From Glaucostegus cemiculus (lineage: Eukaryota), in assembly GCA_976551045.1 (NCBI GenBank), contig CDPCPM010000026.1:7936001-8000000 (forward strand): a stretch of DNA of 64,000 bases, given 5' to 3'. The translations under genes and the position numbers were made by a program. The notes under the pieces were generated by a model that did no database searches, was not told where the DNA came from, and was given only the letters and a program-made list of their open reading frames with translations. This document shows, one piece after another, positions 38,690 through 50,530 of this stretch (positions within the stretch are counted from its first letter, which is position 1; each line of letters begins with the position of its first letter).

Positions 38690-38935
38690 GGTGCATGCAT
38701 AAGAATGCGTGCGAGATGGAGCACACAAGGGAGAGTGTGTGGGCACGAGAGAGGTGTTACGCACACACGAGAGGCGCCACTCCTGAGGAGCATGTGCATA
38801 AGAATACGTTCAAGATGGAGTGGGCGAGGGAAGGTGCATAAGGTAGAGAAGGTGCGCATTAGAAGAAGGTGTCACTTTTAAGGAGTATGTGCAAGAATGT
38901 GGGCAAGAGCTATGCATGGGTGCTAGAGAGCCAAA
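38690..38935 (+). repeat. Degenerate ~97-bp tandem repeat, about 2.5 units
   Basis: tgcataagaat.cgt.c.agatggag recurs at ~38696 and ~38795, and more weakly at ~38889; g.cact..t.aggag recurs at ~38775 and ~38871. Confidence 0.6.
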
Positions 38936-40925
38936 ATAAAGTGATTGTGTGGCTGTTTGTGACAGCGTAGGGTGGTTCATGGGGCATCTCATGAGAATGA
39001 CAGGGTTGAGGTGTTGGTTGGGTGAGGTTTAAATACACAGTAGAGGGTGGACAGTACCTGGACCAATTAGTCACAATTTAGAGAGGTGCAGAATCACAAT
39101 AGGCAGGGTTGCCTTGACTGGTAACGTCACTGAAAAAGGAGAACCCCAAGTGAAATGAAGAGGATCTGCAGAAATTTCCAACAGGCAAAATGCACTTCTA
39201 TACATAAGAATAAGGACATGCTCTGTGGTGAGACAGCCAGGATCCTGACCATGGAGGAGGCATATCTCTAGAATGAAGAGAAAGGAACAGAAATGGTAGG
39301 TCAAAGGGCCTGTATTGTGCTGTATTGTTGAAATGTGGTAGTTGTGAAAGATCCAATTAGGATCAGGTGTCCCATTTGGAATGCTGTTTGCCTGCTGCCA
39401 GAATGGGGGAAATCACAAAGTGGCTTCCAATCAAAGAAGGGAGAAGGGAAAGTCCAGTCACAGTGTTTCAAAAGCAGACTAATGGTCATCTTTGGACAGA
39501 ATAATGTACGAGGAACTAACTTGGAACTAACTCACGGCTCATCATCTCTGCGCTATGAGACTGTATACCATTTGGCAAAGAAGTAAGAAGATGATGAGGT
39601 GAACTGTTGGCTGAAGCAGTGGCATGGAGAAATAGGAGCTTCATCTTGTAAATTTCATGTGCAATTGTGCTTTATGTTTGACAGTCTGCAGGAATAGGAA
39701 AGGATATGCAGTAATGAAACCATGGAGGGACAATTAGAAATACATGAGCAAAACATGAGTAGTTTAGAGTAGGAGATTCAAATAACTATATGCAGATACT
39801 CAAAAGTTAAGCAGCATATGAGTGCATTCTATTCTAGATGCAATGTTATGCTGGGGAAGCCATTGCTCAGAAAGTTGATTGCAAGACTGTCAGGAAAAGA
39901 AATTAAATATCAGTTTTTAGGTCTGCAGATATGGATAATTTGGTAAAGGGGGAAGAGTATCCCTGACATCAAAGGATGAAATCACTTCAAGAATGAGAAC
40001 GAATATAAAGGTAACTGGTCCTGGGGACTTTATGGGTAGCTATAAGAAATAAAGACAAATCCGAGGTTCTAGTGGAAGCTGTTCACAGGCCCATTGTAAC
40101 ATTAATATTGATTGGGATAAGCAAGCTAACACGTGTCAGAAGTTTCTTGTTTAGTATAGTTTTTTGGTAAATTTCTTGTTTAGCATAGTTTTCTACAATA
40201 ATATTTTCTGGAATGGGCAAGCCATAGTAGATTTAAGAATGGGTAATGAGCTAGATTTAGTTGGCAGCCCAGAACATTTATCTAACCACAATCATAATGT
40301 GCTGTTTGAAAGGAGCAGACTATCCATTTTTGTCTGAGAATATCTGTTAGTGGGTAAAATGACAGGAAGAGGTGGGATACACTCAAAAGAAAGTTTAATG
40401 TGATTTGGAACTCTTTTATACCCTGTGGGCTAATAGCTCCACTCACCAAAGAAAAAGCTGTGGATGCAAGGGACAATATAGAGTTCAAGAACGTGCTTCC
40501 AAAAAAATCAAAAAACCAGCAATGACCATAGCAACTGGGAGAAATGAAAAGTGATAAAATTGAAAGCAACATTTGCAAAATGAGAGTATTTAAAAAAAAC
40601 TTGGAAGGAAAATCTATCAATGCAAAATTCACAATTATACATAAATAAGGAGGGTGGTCAGGAATTGATTGAAAACCAAAACCAGATACGAATAAGAAAA
40701 AACATTGCTCATTATTGAATTATTTACTTTGCATCAGTATTTACAAACCCAACATGCTGAGCAAACTGATAGCAATTCAGGGCCAGAACTCACCAAAATT
40801 AAAGTAGGCAAAATAATGGAGATGAACAAAAGCTTAACACTAAAATGTGATTAGTTTCCAGGGCATCAGAATTCCATTTTTATTTAAAGTAAGAAAGAAC
40901 ATTTCGGATGCCTTTATTTTATAAT

Positions 40926-41460
40926 ATAGAACACAGAACATAGAAAAACCACAGCACAATTTAGGCCCTTCGGCCCACAAAACTGTGCCAAACATGTCCC
41001 TACACTAGAAATTACGGGGCAGTCCCACAGCCCTCTATTTTACTTAGCTCCATGTACCTATCTAACAGTCTCTTGAAAGACCCTATCGTATTCGCCTCCA
41101 CCACTGCTTCCGGCAGCCCATTCCACGCACTCACCACTCTCTGAGTAAAAAACTTTCCCCTGATATCTCCTCTATGTCTACTCCTCAGCACTATAAACCT
41201 ACGTCCTCTTGTGGCCACCATTTCAGCCCTGGGGAAAAGCCTCTGACTATCTACACGATCAATACCTCTCATCATCTTATATACCTCCATCAGGTCCCCC
41301 CTCATCCTCCTTCTTTCCAAGGAGAAAAGGCCGAGTTCCCGCAACCTGCTCTCATAAGGCATGCGCCGCATTCCAGGCAGCATCCTCGTAAACCTCCTCT
41401 GCACCCTCTCTATGGCTTCCACATCTTTCCTGTAGTGAGGCGACCAGAACTGAGCACAAT
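40926..41460 (-). mobile_element. Young 5'-truncated CR1 LINE with open ORF2 C-terminus
   Basis: ORF 41422->41012 reads EAIERVQRRFTRMLPG...RLRELGLFSLERRRMRGDLMEVYKMMRGIDRVD...KFFTQRVVSAWNGLP, followed by a (ttctatg)-like tail. Confidence 0.95.
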
Positions 41461-41469
41461 ATCTACTAT

Positions 41470-41690
41470 TTTTAAGGATCTAAGCATCATTGGCAAGGTC
41501 CAGCATTTATTGGCCATCATTAAATTGCCTTACTAGCCCATTTCAGAAGGTATGTAAGAGTCAACCACATTGTTGGACCTGGAATCACAGCCCAGGGAAA
41601 GGCAGCAGATTTCCTTGCCTGAAAGGCATTAGTGATCTGGATGGTTTGTATGACAATTCATTGGTTTGGGGCCATCGTAAAACCAGATTA
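41470..41690 (-). mobile_element. tRNA-derived SINE 3' half, same family as 57123-57460
   Basis: ccagcatttattggccatc...aagagtcaaccacattg...ggcagcagatttccttgcctgaaaggcattagtga. Confidence 0.75.
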
Positions 41691-42519
41691 GAAAAAAAAA
41701 CACCTATCACTACTATGTGGGAAAGGAAAACTAAGACACTATGAACAACTTAACCTAATACCAGCTGTCAGAAAATGGCTGGAATTAAATTCAGTGACAT
41801 TTAATACCTATACAGCTGTTCACAATGAGCCAAAGTGGATTTGTGAAGAGTAGTTCATATATGACAGACCAGCCATGTTTTTTTAGTGACTGAGCAGTGG
41901 AAAGGGTAAGTGTCTATGGATATGTTTACATGGACTTTCAAACGGCATTTGATGAAGTCCATCAGAGCAGATTGTTAGCTGAAGTTGAAGATCATAGATT
42001 ATTTACCTGGTTAGGAACTTGGCTGATGCAGCACAAGTATATTGGGCAGGGACTCAACTTGTCAAGAGATGGGTCCTGGGGATTGACAAGAAATTATGTT
42101 GGGGCTGCAACTATTCACCATAATAACCTAGGTTTTCAGAAAGCCACATATTCAAGTATGTCAATGATGCAAAGAGCAGCAGCACTGTAGGCAGTGTAGA
42201 TGAGAACATTGGACAAATGTGACGTCATCCATTTTGGATCTAAAAAGGACAAAGCAAAGGACTTTCCAGATGAAGAGAGATATAATGGAAATTGATTAAT
42301 TGCACACCCTGTGTCTAAAAAGAGATCTGTAAAAATCACTAAAATGAGATGGATATGCACACAGAATAATCAACAAAGAAAACTGAAAACTAAATACTGT
42401 TTGTAGAGTTCTACAAGAAAGTAGGATTCTGATCAGAGCTCATCAATCTGAAACAATAGTTCTGCTTCCCTATTCACAAATGTCTTACTTTGAAACTGGA
42501 CCTGCTGGTTCAAGTCATT

Positions 42520-43950
42520 CTAGCCAGGAGAAAACATCAACCCTTTATCTACCCATCAAGTTCCATAATAAGTTTAGTATGTTTCAATCAGATCACCTCT
42601 CATTCTTTTGACCCCTACGGCATATTGGGCCAACCTGCATAATATTTCTCCAGAGGACAATCACTGCACCCCTGAAATTAATTATTAAACCTTCCTTGCA
42701 CTCACTCTATTGCAAATTCATACTTCCTTGGGTAAGGAGAGCAGACGTGTACACAATATTACCTCGGCCCTGTAATTTCATGAAGGCTTAAACCTTTTAT
42801 CCACATTCTCTCGAGATAAAGGCCAGTATATTGTTTGTCTTCCTAATTTCTCACAGTAGCTACGTTAACTTTCAGGGTTTCATAGCCAAGGACACTCAGG
42901 CCGCTCTAATCACCAACACTTTTCAATCTCTCACCATGTAAAAGATACTCAGCTTTCATTTTTACCAAAGTTAATAACTTCACATTTTTCTGCATAATAT
43001 TCAATTTTTCAGGACCTTACCAATTCAGTTCACCAGTCTCTATCCTCTTGAATCCATTCTGCATATTCTTCAATATTCAGTACTGCTATCTATCTATGGA
43101 TACATTACACACAATCCCTTCATCTACATCAATGATATGGATTGTCAACAGCTCAGAATCAGAATCAGAAACATTTTTATTGTCACAACCATATACACAC
43201 ACACAGTATGCATAGGAGCGAGATACCATCCTCCACAGGTGCACACATTAAATAACAAACAGAAGAGACACACTGACACACACTAAAAAAACATTAAAAC
43301 CACAAAAATTAAATTAAATTCAGCAGGTTAAATAAATAGTTTTAAAGTGAACGAACTGGTAGCGGGCATTTAAAGTGCTGGTGCATTTCTGAGCGCCTAG
43401 CACCCTTTAGTGTTAACAGGGTAGATGGAGGAATGAGAGCTGGAGCCCCAAGACTCATCCCATGTCATATCCTCCCATTTATGTCTACTGTTTTCTGTCT
43501 AGTAACTAATCCTCAATCCTTGCCACTATTTTACCCGCAATCCAATGTTTTCTAGTTTGATTCAATAATCTCTTGTGCTACCTTATCAAAGGTCTTCTGA
43601 AAGTCCAAATACACCACACCCAGTGATTTTCTTACCTACTCTGCTAACTCTCATATTTGTCAAATATGAATTTCCCTTTCATAAACTTGAATGACTCTGC
43701 CCAATCCAATTATTATTTTAAATGTCCTGTTAATGCTTCCTGAATAACAGATTCTAGTATTTTCCTTGTTACTGAAATCAGCCAATTAGTCTGTAGTTCC
43801 TCATTTCTACTCTCACTTTGTTATTAAGTAGTGGGGCTCGATTTACTTTCTTCCAATCTGTGCCACCTGTACTAGAAACAATGAATTTTGGAAGTCAGCA
43901 AACAACATTTCCATCTCTCCAAAACCCCTGAGATCTTGGGCACGTATTGG
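42520..43950 (-). mobile_element. Old CR1 LINE ORF2 fragment
   Basis: The reverse strand has gtgtatttggactttcagaagacctttgataaggta (VYLDFQKTFDKV) and aactacagactaattggctga (NYR.I.L). Confidence 0.8.
43153..43438 (-). mobile_element. Short LINE 3' end (Rex1/Babar-like) with (TTCTGA)n tail nested in CR1
   Basis: tcagaatcagaatcagaa followed by tttattg (aataaa on the minus strand). Confidence 0.5.
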
Positions 43951-45985
43951 TGTTTAGTCTTATTTAATTTCTCCAATACTAGTTTTTATTTTAAAACTAA
44001 TGCTAATTTCTTTCCACTCTTTATTCACAATGCAGCAGTTTTCTCCACCATTTCCAGAAAAATTTTTTTTTGCTCCTTCCTCATGTAAACAGAATCTTTT
44101 TATATATATTTCCTTTTCCTCAATATATTTTCTCCCATGTCTGTGAAAGGGACCATTACACCACCATTATTCTGATATCTGTGTATCTGGGTAATTCAAC
44201 CAATCATTGAAGTAAACCAAATTTTATTTACAGTATGCCTTGTGAGACCAACAAGATTTTAAATTAAATCTACTCCATGCTGCCGAGTTAATTTTCACAC
44301 ATAAGAAGAACATGGTAGCCCTTGGCAGAGTACACAGTTGGACGGTTGCTTTGAAACAGAATATCTCCAGCTTTGGAGACATATTTAATATTTGGCCTTG
44401 CAGGTCTAATAATCATGACCAACTATTGCTGCTTAACTTAGAGGAGGTAATAAAGAGCTATAGCCATTATTCTTATTAAATAAAAAATTACCACATTAAA
44501 AAATTGCCAGGTTCTGCAGTGTGGTGCCGTGAAACACACTCAGGACTGTTATAGTCAGGAAGGGCTATCTGGTTAGTGGCTGGCTAAAAAGCCATATCTC
44601 GTCACAGATGAACTGATGAGGTGGTGCCTTATGTATAGGATGCCTAGAACTACACATACTTATTAGTAATCGGGGTTACCCTAGGCTGTTAGATGTTGTT
44701 AGTAATCAGGGATAAAGGATGTGCAAATGTGCTGTATGTGTTTATTAGTAATCATGGATTACTGCATGCTGAGTGGTAATCAGGAATCACTCTATGTGTG
44801 ACAGTGCTACTGGACACTTCCATGTGAATATTTTACTCATTATCCCTTACTGATTTTTAAGTAAAGGAAGCAGTCCAGAAATCTTTGTCTTGTGCTTTTT
44901 GTTCCAATGGTATGAACTGTGACAATTAACATAAATTTAATCCCTGCATGTTTTTATATTACCCATGGACTGACAAGATTGTTTATAACATTTCAACAGT
45001 GTGCTTTTTCCCCTGGGAAAGTATGACACAGAACTCTTCGTTGCACTTAAAAAGTCACTGGTCACGTCACAGTTTAATGTATAACAGATGGAGGGAAATT
45101 TCTGGGAAACTGCATTAATACAGAGAGATCTGACTGAAGAGGCAGCACAGGCACAATGAACTGAATGGCTTCCTTCTGTGCTGTAGTTTGAGATTTAGTA
45201 ACTGTGACAAGTCTCCAAGCATCTACAAATAGTATGTTTTTTGCCATTTAAATTTTAATAATCATTTCATTGGCAGATCACGGAGGCAGAAGTTATATGT
45301 AACTAAAACATCACATTTTCCAAGTATTTGATTCTTAAACAAAAACCACAGCCATTAAAAAGTGGCCAATGGTAACATCACAGAATTAAGAAAAACAGTG
45401 AGTACTGAAGGTGACTATAAAAATATTGTTCAACTTTAAATACATAGTTAAAATCAGCAATAAGTTTCCCAGCCGGGACTCCAGAGCTAGGGAATTGAAC
45501 ATAGAAAGTAACCCAGTATCTGTGCTGTACAATTCCATGGCTCTATTGAATCCAGGAGAAACTTCTTTGGATAAGGGCCTATGAGAACATGGAACACAGC
45601 TGTCAAGGCTGCAAAGGCCAAGTTAACTGAGAGATTTAAAAAGGGAGATGGATGCTTACTTCAGAAATAAATGTATTAATAAATATGGAGAAAATGCTAT
45701 GGAAGAAATTTAAATGGGCTTCCAGAGCTAACAAAATGACAAAACAAATTTGACAGGCTGAAGTCAACCAGCTTGTTACTACAATGCTATAGTATCTTCC
45801 TTCACATTAAAAAATTAAAAATGCTCCACTCTGAGGTTCAGATTTTGAGGGTCAAGGTGACTATTAAAAAAAGTTGCAAAAATTCATAAATTTTTCCAGA
45901 GGGGAATAAAACTGGTCAATTAACAGGCAGTTGTTCTGGAACTGTGGCTTCCAGCTGCAACAGAATAGCAACAAGGCCTATCATA

Positions 45986-46293
45986 CAGGTCGTCCCCAGG
46001 TTACGAACAGCTGACATGGATAACTCTATGTATGAACGAGCGGATAGAATAATATTAAATCCAAAGTTCCAACATATGTTTGGTCCTATGAATGGCAGAG
46101 CTATTTTCCTTTCTCTCTCCACTTATAGTAATTGTTCTTTCTTCTCAGTCTAATGTGCTTTTGATGTTATTCATTACAATACTGTGAAGATATGATTATC
46201 ATGAGTGATTTTTGTGTATTTTCTGACTTATGAACAAAATTGTCTTAGGGACATATGTAAAAATGGAACCCGCTTGTTACCAAGGACAGTCCG
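45986..46293. mobile_element. Tigger/pogo-like MITE, ~308 bp
   Basis: TA|CAGGTCGTCCCCAGGTTACGAA...CTTGTTACCAAGGACAGTCCG|TA: imperfect TIRs flanked by TA, with internal gacttatgaac repeats of the TIR core. Confidence 0.6.
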
Positions 46294-48979
46294 TACTAGC
46301 AACCAAGTAGGTAGATCAATATGCCGAATGAACTATTTGGGTTCTCAATTTTACAGAGTGCTGTTGAGGTTTCTGAATCTGGCCATCTTCTTAGCTACTT
46401 GGTTTTATTAATCATTGCACAGTGGTCTTCATATCGCTGTAGTGCATATTGGAATTTGAAGGTAGAAATGTGCCTTTGATAGTTGTCTACTTATGGATAC
46501 AGAATAAAATACTGGGTTTTAAAATATTTCTTTGGTTTTACTTAACATTCCTGATAATTCTTTGAGCTGCTAATCCTTTATAGGCCAAAAAAGATGGAAT
46601 GAATCTAATGAAAGAAATCTAAAGTTAATAGTTTGCATTAAAAATCTAAAAAAGGTTAAGGTATTTTTACTGGATTGTTATGAAAGGGAAAGCGTACTCA
46701 AGTTTGGTGAGTTTTGATCAGAAATATAAACGTTTCACAAGTAACTCCTGATGGGAAGATATAAAAATGTGACACTATGCTGCATAGCCTACCCTCATGT
46801 TCACTGGAGCATAGAGCATCCTCCACTAATGTTGGTTCCCAGATCGCCTCCAGCCAGTTCAGTAGAGCATAGATCTTCAAACTGATGCTCCCACTGGAGA
46901 CATCCATAAAGGACCCAAGGGCCTCCTTCTGTGCTGAATGACTCTATGACTCAGTAAAGGAATTGCATCCATCCATGAGATCACTAGATTTTTGTATTTT
47001 TCTATATTTATTGTTTTGCCATCACATTATTTGGAATAGTATACAAAAATCACTTCATTTCCCTTTAAATAGTAAATACTGTTTTTCCACAAGTTAGGGG
47101 CTCATGAGTCCAGAAGTGTACAAATTATGTGAAGGTCTCCCTCCCAGGGAAATACTGGAGGCCACTGCAGCATATCAGCACTCTTGCTCAAAATGCAGTA
47201 AAGCTGATTACGGTTTTATAGTTTGCAAGTTTATTGCTAACAACATTAACGATGAACACCTGAAACTATCAAATAATAACACTCCTTTTTCTACTCTTAT
47301 AACGCAGGCATCAACCAACTTTAAATGGATTGATATTTCTCCTAAAATAACAAGGAAATAATGTACAAAACCCTTGAGCATTTGTTTACTGACACCAGAA
47401 ACAGCTTTTACTAGACTTTGATGCTTGGCTTGAGCTCATTCTAGGGCAGTACAGAAAACGTACAACTGCTTCCAATTTCTGCAGAAATTCACAAACAAAA
47501 TTAGAGTCAGAGCTGAAGCCTCAAAATTTGCATTAAAACTATCAGGGATTTCATCTTAGTCAGAATCAGATTAAAAAGGCCTGCCACAATTGACGCTGTC
47601 AGGTATTAAGTTTTGTTTTAAAAAGAGAGATCTTACGTTAACATAATTGATTTCGTGCAGTACACCATTTTGTAATGTAATTCTGCACAAGCTGTGAAAC
47701 TGCATCCTCCATTAATTGCAAATGCTGTCTAAACGGAGCATTTTCCTTGAGCTCAGAAGTTCATTGTTCTTGAAGCATAAATGCTTTTGGAATACGTCAC
47801 ACCCAGCAGCACGGCACTTCCAACAGTCTGAATATGTCATCATTGGGAAGAAAGAAAAATCCTTTCATATTCCAGGAAAAGCACCCATTACCAGAAAAAG
47901 ATTCAATTTGTCTGACTCTTTATTCAACTGGCTCAGCTCCCAAATAACCCTTTCACATTCATCCAACCTATCCTCCTCCTTTTCCTGTAAACACTTCCTT
48001 TTACCTTTGAACCGAGGGTAAACACGCAACCAACCAATAATCAGAAAGCTATTGTTGCCAAGTCTGTAGTTCTTTTTAAAAAGTGTCCTTTCATTGGCAG
48101 GCTGTAATGGCTCCACTCCTGACACAACGCAGCAGAGCCGAACAGGAATCAGATTTCATTTCTAGCTGCCAACTGTATCCAGGTTACAAAAGTCCTTGAC
48201 TGTGCCAGGAAGCAGCAACGCTTTAGTTGTTGCCATCAACCATTTCAAGCAAGAATATTCAACATTAAAACTAGCTGTACTGACAGTCACACAATCTATC
48301 TGCTTGGAACCCTGACCCTTTTGTTTCCTCTCTTTTTTGCTGTGCCTTCAAACAAAAGAATCCAAAGTATTCACTGACATAATTTAATAAACATTAACCA
48401 CCAAAGTGGATAGCCAATCAGATCTGTCTGCACTGGTCAAAGGTTTATTCTTGATCTCTGTAATCGAGATAAATCTTTCAAAGTCAGCATTTAAAATGAG
48501 CAAGGGAGGTATCAAATAGAGCATCAAGTTCATAAAGTGTTTGCATCAGTTTCAATTTTCACTTATTTCCTTTCAACTTTTTATATAAAGACTTCAAACA
48601 CACGGAAAACTTTATAAAAAATCTGACACAAACTGGGAATTACAAGTAATGAGAAGGGCTATTAATCTGGTGGAACTAAGTTTCTGGGAATTTGGAACTT
48701 TCAAAAGTTTGCAATTTTAAAGAAAGCTTGTCTTTACTTGTAAAAGTATTAGAGGTAGGATGGTGGGGGGGGAGATTGGGGAAAGAAGGCCATCTGACAG
48801 GAAGGACTGGTTGAAAGGTCAGGTTACATGGCAAAACTCTCAAGCACAAGTGTCCAAAAAAAAGAGGCAGGTGCCGTCACCAAAGACGTACAGCAGCCCT
48901 CGCCAATAAAACATGTCAGGACTCAAAGAGCGCCATCCTCCTTCTGGAGAATCCCACGTGGATGGCACAGCTACAGAAA

Positions 48980-49200
48980 CCTGACTGTATGGAGTCTGCA
49001 CATTTTACCTGTGTCCATGTGGGTTTCCACTGGGAGTGCTGGTTACCCTTCCCCAACACATCCCAATGATGTGTTGGTGGGTTAATTAATGGCCCCTTAG
49101 CACAACTGGCAAAAGAATCAAAGGGAAATTGAGAGGAGAGTGAGACTATGCTGCTAGGAGCTGACATGGATTCAGTGGGTGATTAGCCCTTGTCTGTGCC
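48980..49200 (+). mobile_element. V-SINE fragment
   Basis: ctgtatggagtctgcacatt...gtgtccatgtgggtttcc. Confidence 0.65.
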
Positions 49201-50224
49201 ATTAGTAACCCATAGGAAACAGTTACATCTCCAAAATGTACAGAGAAATGCCCAAATGCTTCCGAGGCTAGTTGGGAAAATGTACAGACACCAAGTGGGA
49301 AGAAGACAAGGGGGAGAAGGATTGGAATGTCACGTTGAACGGGTTTCTTTTAAAGGAGGCTCTGGAGGCAGAGAGGAAGCGAGGCAGGGCACTGCAAAGT
49401 GCTAAAGCTTACTGGGAGAAGCCATCAAACTGGAGGTCATGCTGGGGCTCACTCACAGAAGGTATGGATTAATTTACCAACAGAATCCTTTAAGACTCTC
49501 GTCAGAGAAGTACAATGTGACAGGCCTGTGTACTCCTTTACAACAGGACATCTTGCAGCACCAGCACCAAGGCAGCAAAAGCATCTTTAGTGCAAGTCAA
49601 AAGGTCAGAGCCAAGAGATCAAAACACCTCATAGGAATCATACTCATCACATCAGAAATCATTCATTTCTGCATTTCATACAGTGCAGACTTATAGTTTC
49701 CTCTTCCATCTGGCAAATATTAATGTACATTTCCATTCACGGCAAAAATATAATGTATAGAAATAAATCTGCATGAAATTTAGAGAAGTCTTGGAACCAA
49801 AGTAAACTTCACACTGAGTTACAGAGTTGAACAGGACTATTCCGTTTTCCTCATTACTTTATTACACACCTTATGAATGTTAGTAATTTAAGCATTGTCA
49901 TTTGGAAAGGCATTTACAAGGAGCATTCACATCAATACTTTGACAGATAAAGCTAAAACCATTCACAATGGAGACTTTGGATTCAGAGTTAGAAATCATT
50001 TTGCCTCTGAAGACAAATCTTGGGTAGTCCATTGAGATTGAGAGGATTTACTTCCACTCCAGTTTTATGGGTCCTGGGGTGGGCTCATCAAGCCACAAGG
50101 GAGATTGCAGACTCTTCCACAAATGGGGCAGGTGCCGGCTGACAGGGTGCATACCTAATGCTCTCCAGACCCAAGCTCATTTAACAAAGAGGATCAAAAT
50201 ACAAAGTCAAGTCCTTTACTTATG

Positions 50225-50530
50225 AGATAGGAAGCTATTCAGCCCATCAGGTCCATGCTGGCTCCTAGCAAAGCAGTTCCATCAGTCCCATTCCACCACT
50301 CATTTCCCTTTAGTCCTGCAACTTATTCTCTCCCAGATATCTATCATCTCCCCCTGTGATTCTTTTGCCACTTGCCAACACTAAGAGGTCATTTACAGGA
50401 GTAATCTCTGTGATGTGGGAGGAAACTGGAGCAGCTGGTAGAAACCCATTTGGTCACAGGGAGAATATGCAAACTCCACAGGATCGAACCCTCAGATTGT
50501 GAGGCCACAGTGCCAAATGCGGCATCACCG
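50225..50530 (-). mobile_element. V-SINE (HE1-like), reverse orientation
   Basis: gatgtgggaggaaactggagca...ggtcacagggagaatatgcaaactccacaggatcgaaccc. Confidence 0.8.

Larger units (their letters stand above)
39000..42400 (+). mobile_element. Very old CR1 LINE remnant, interrupted by a young CR1 and a SINE
   Basis: Scattered ORF2 motifs: tactttgcatcagtatttaca (YFASVFT), tacatggactttcaaacggcatttgatgaagtc (YMDFQTAFDEV), aaatgtgacgtcatccattttgga (KCDVIHFG). Confidence 0.65.

Noticed and set aside
44660-44790. CRISPR-like repeat-spacer appearance
   Set aside because: The repeats are only ~8-12 bp, imperfect and irregularly spaced, in a vertebrate intron with no cas genes.
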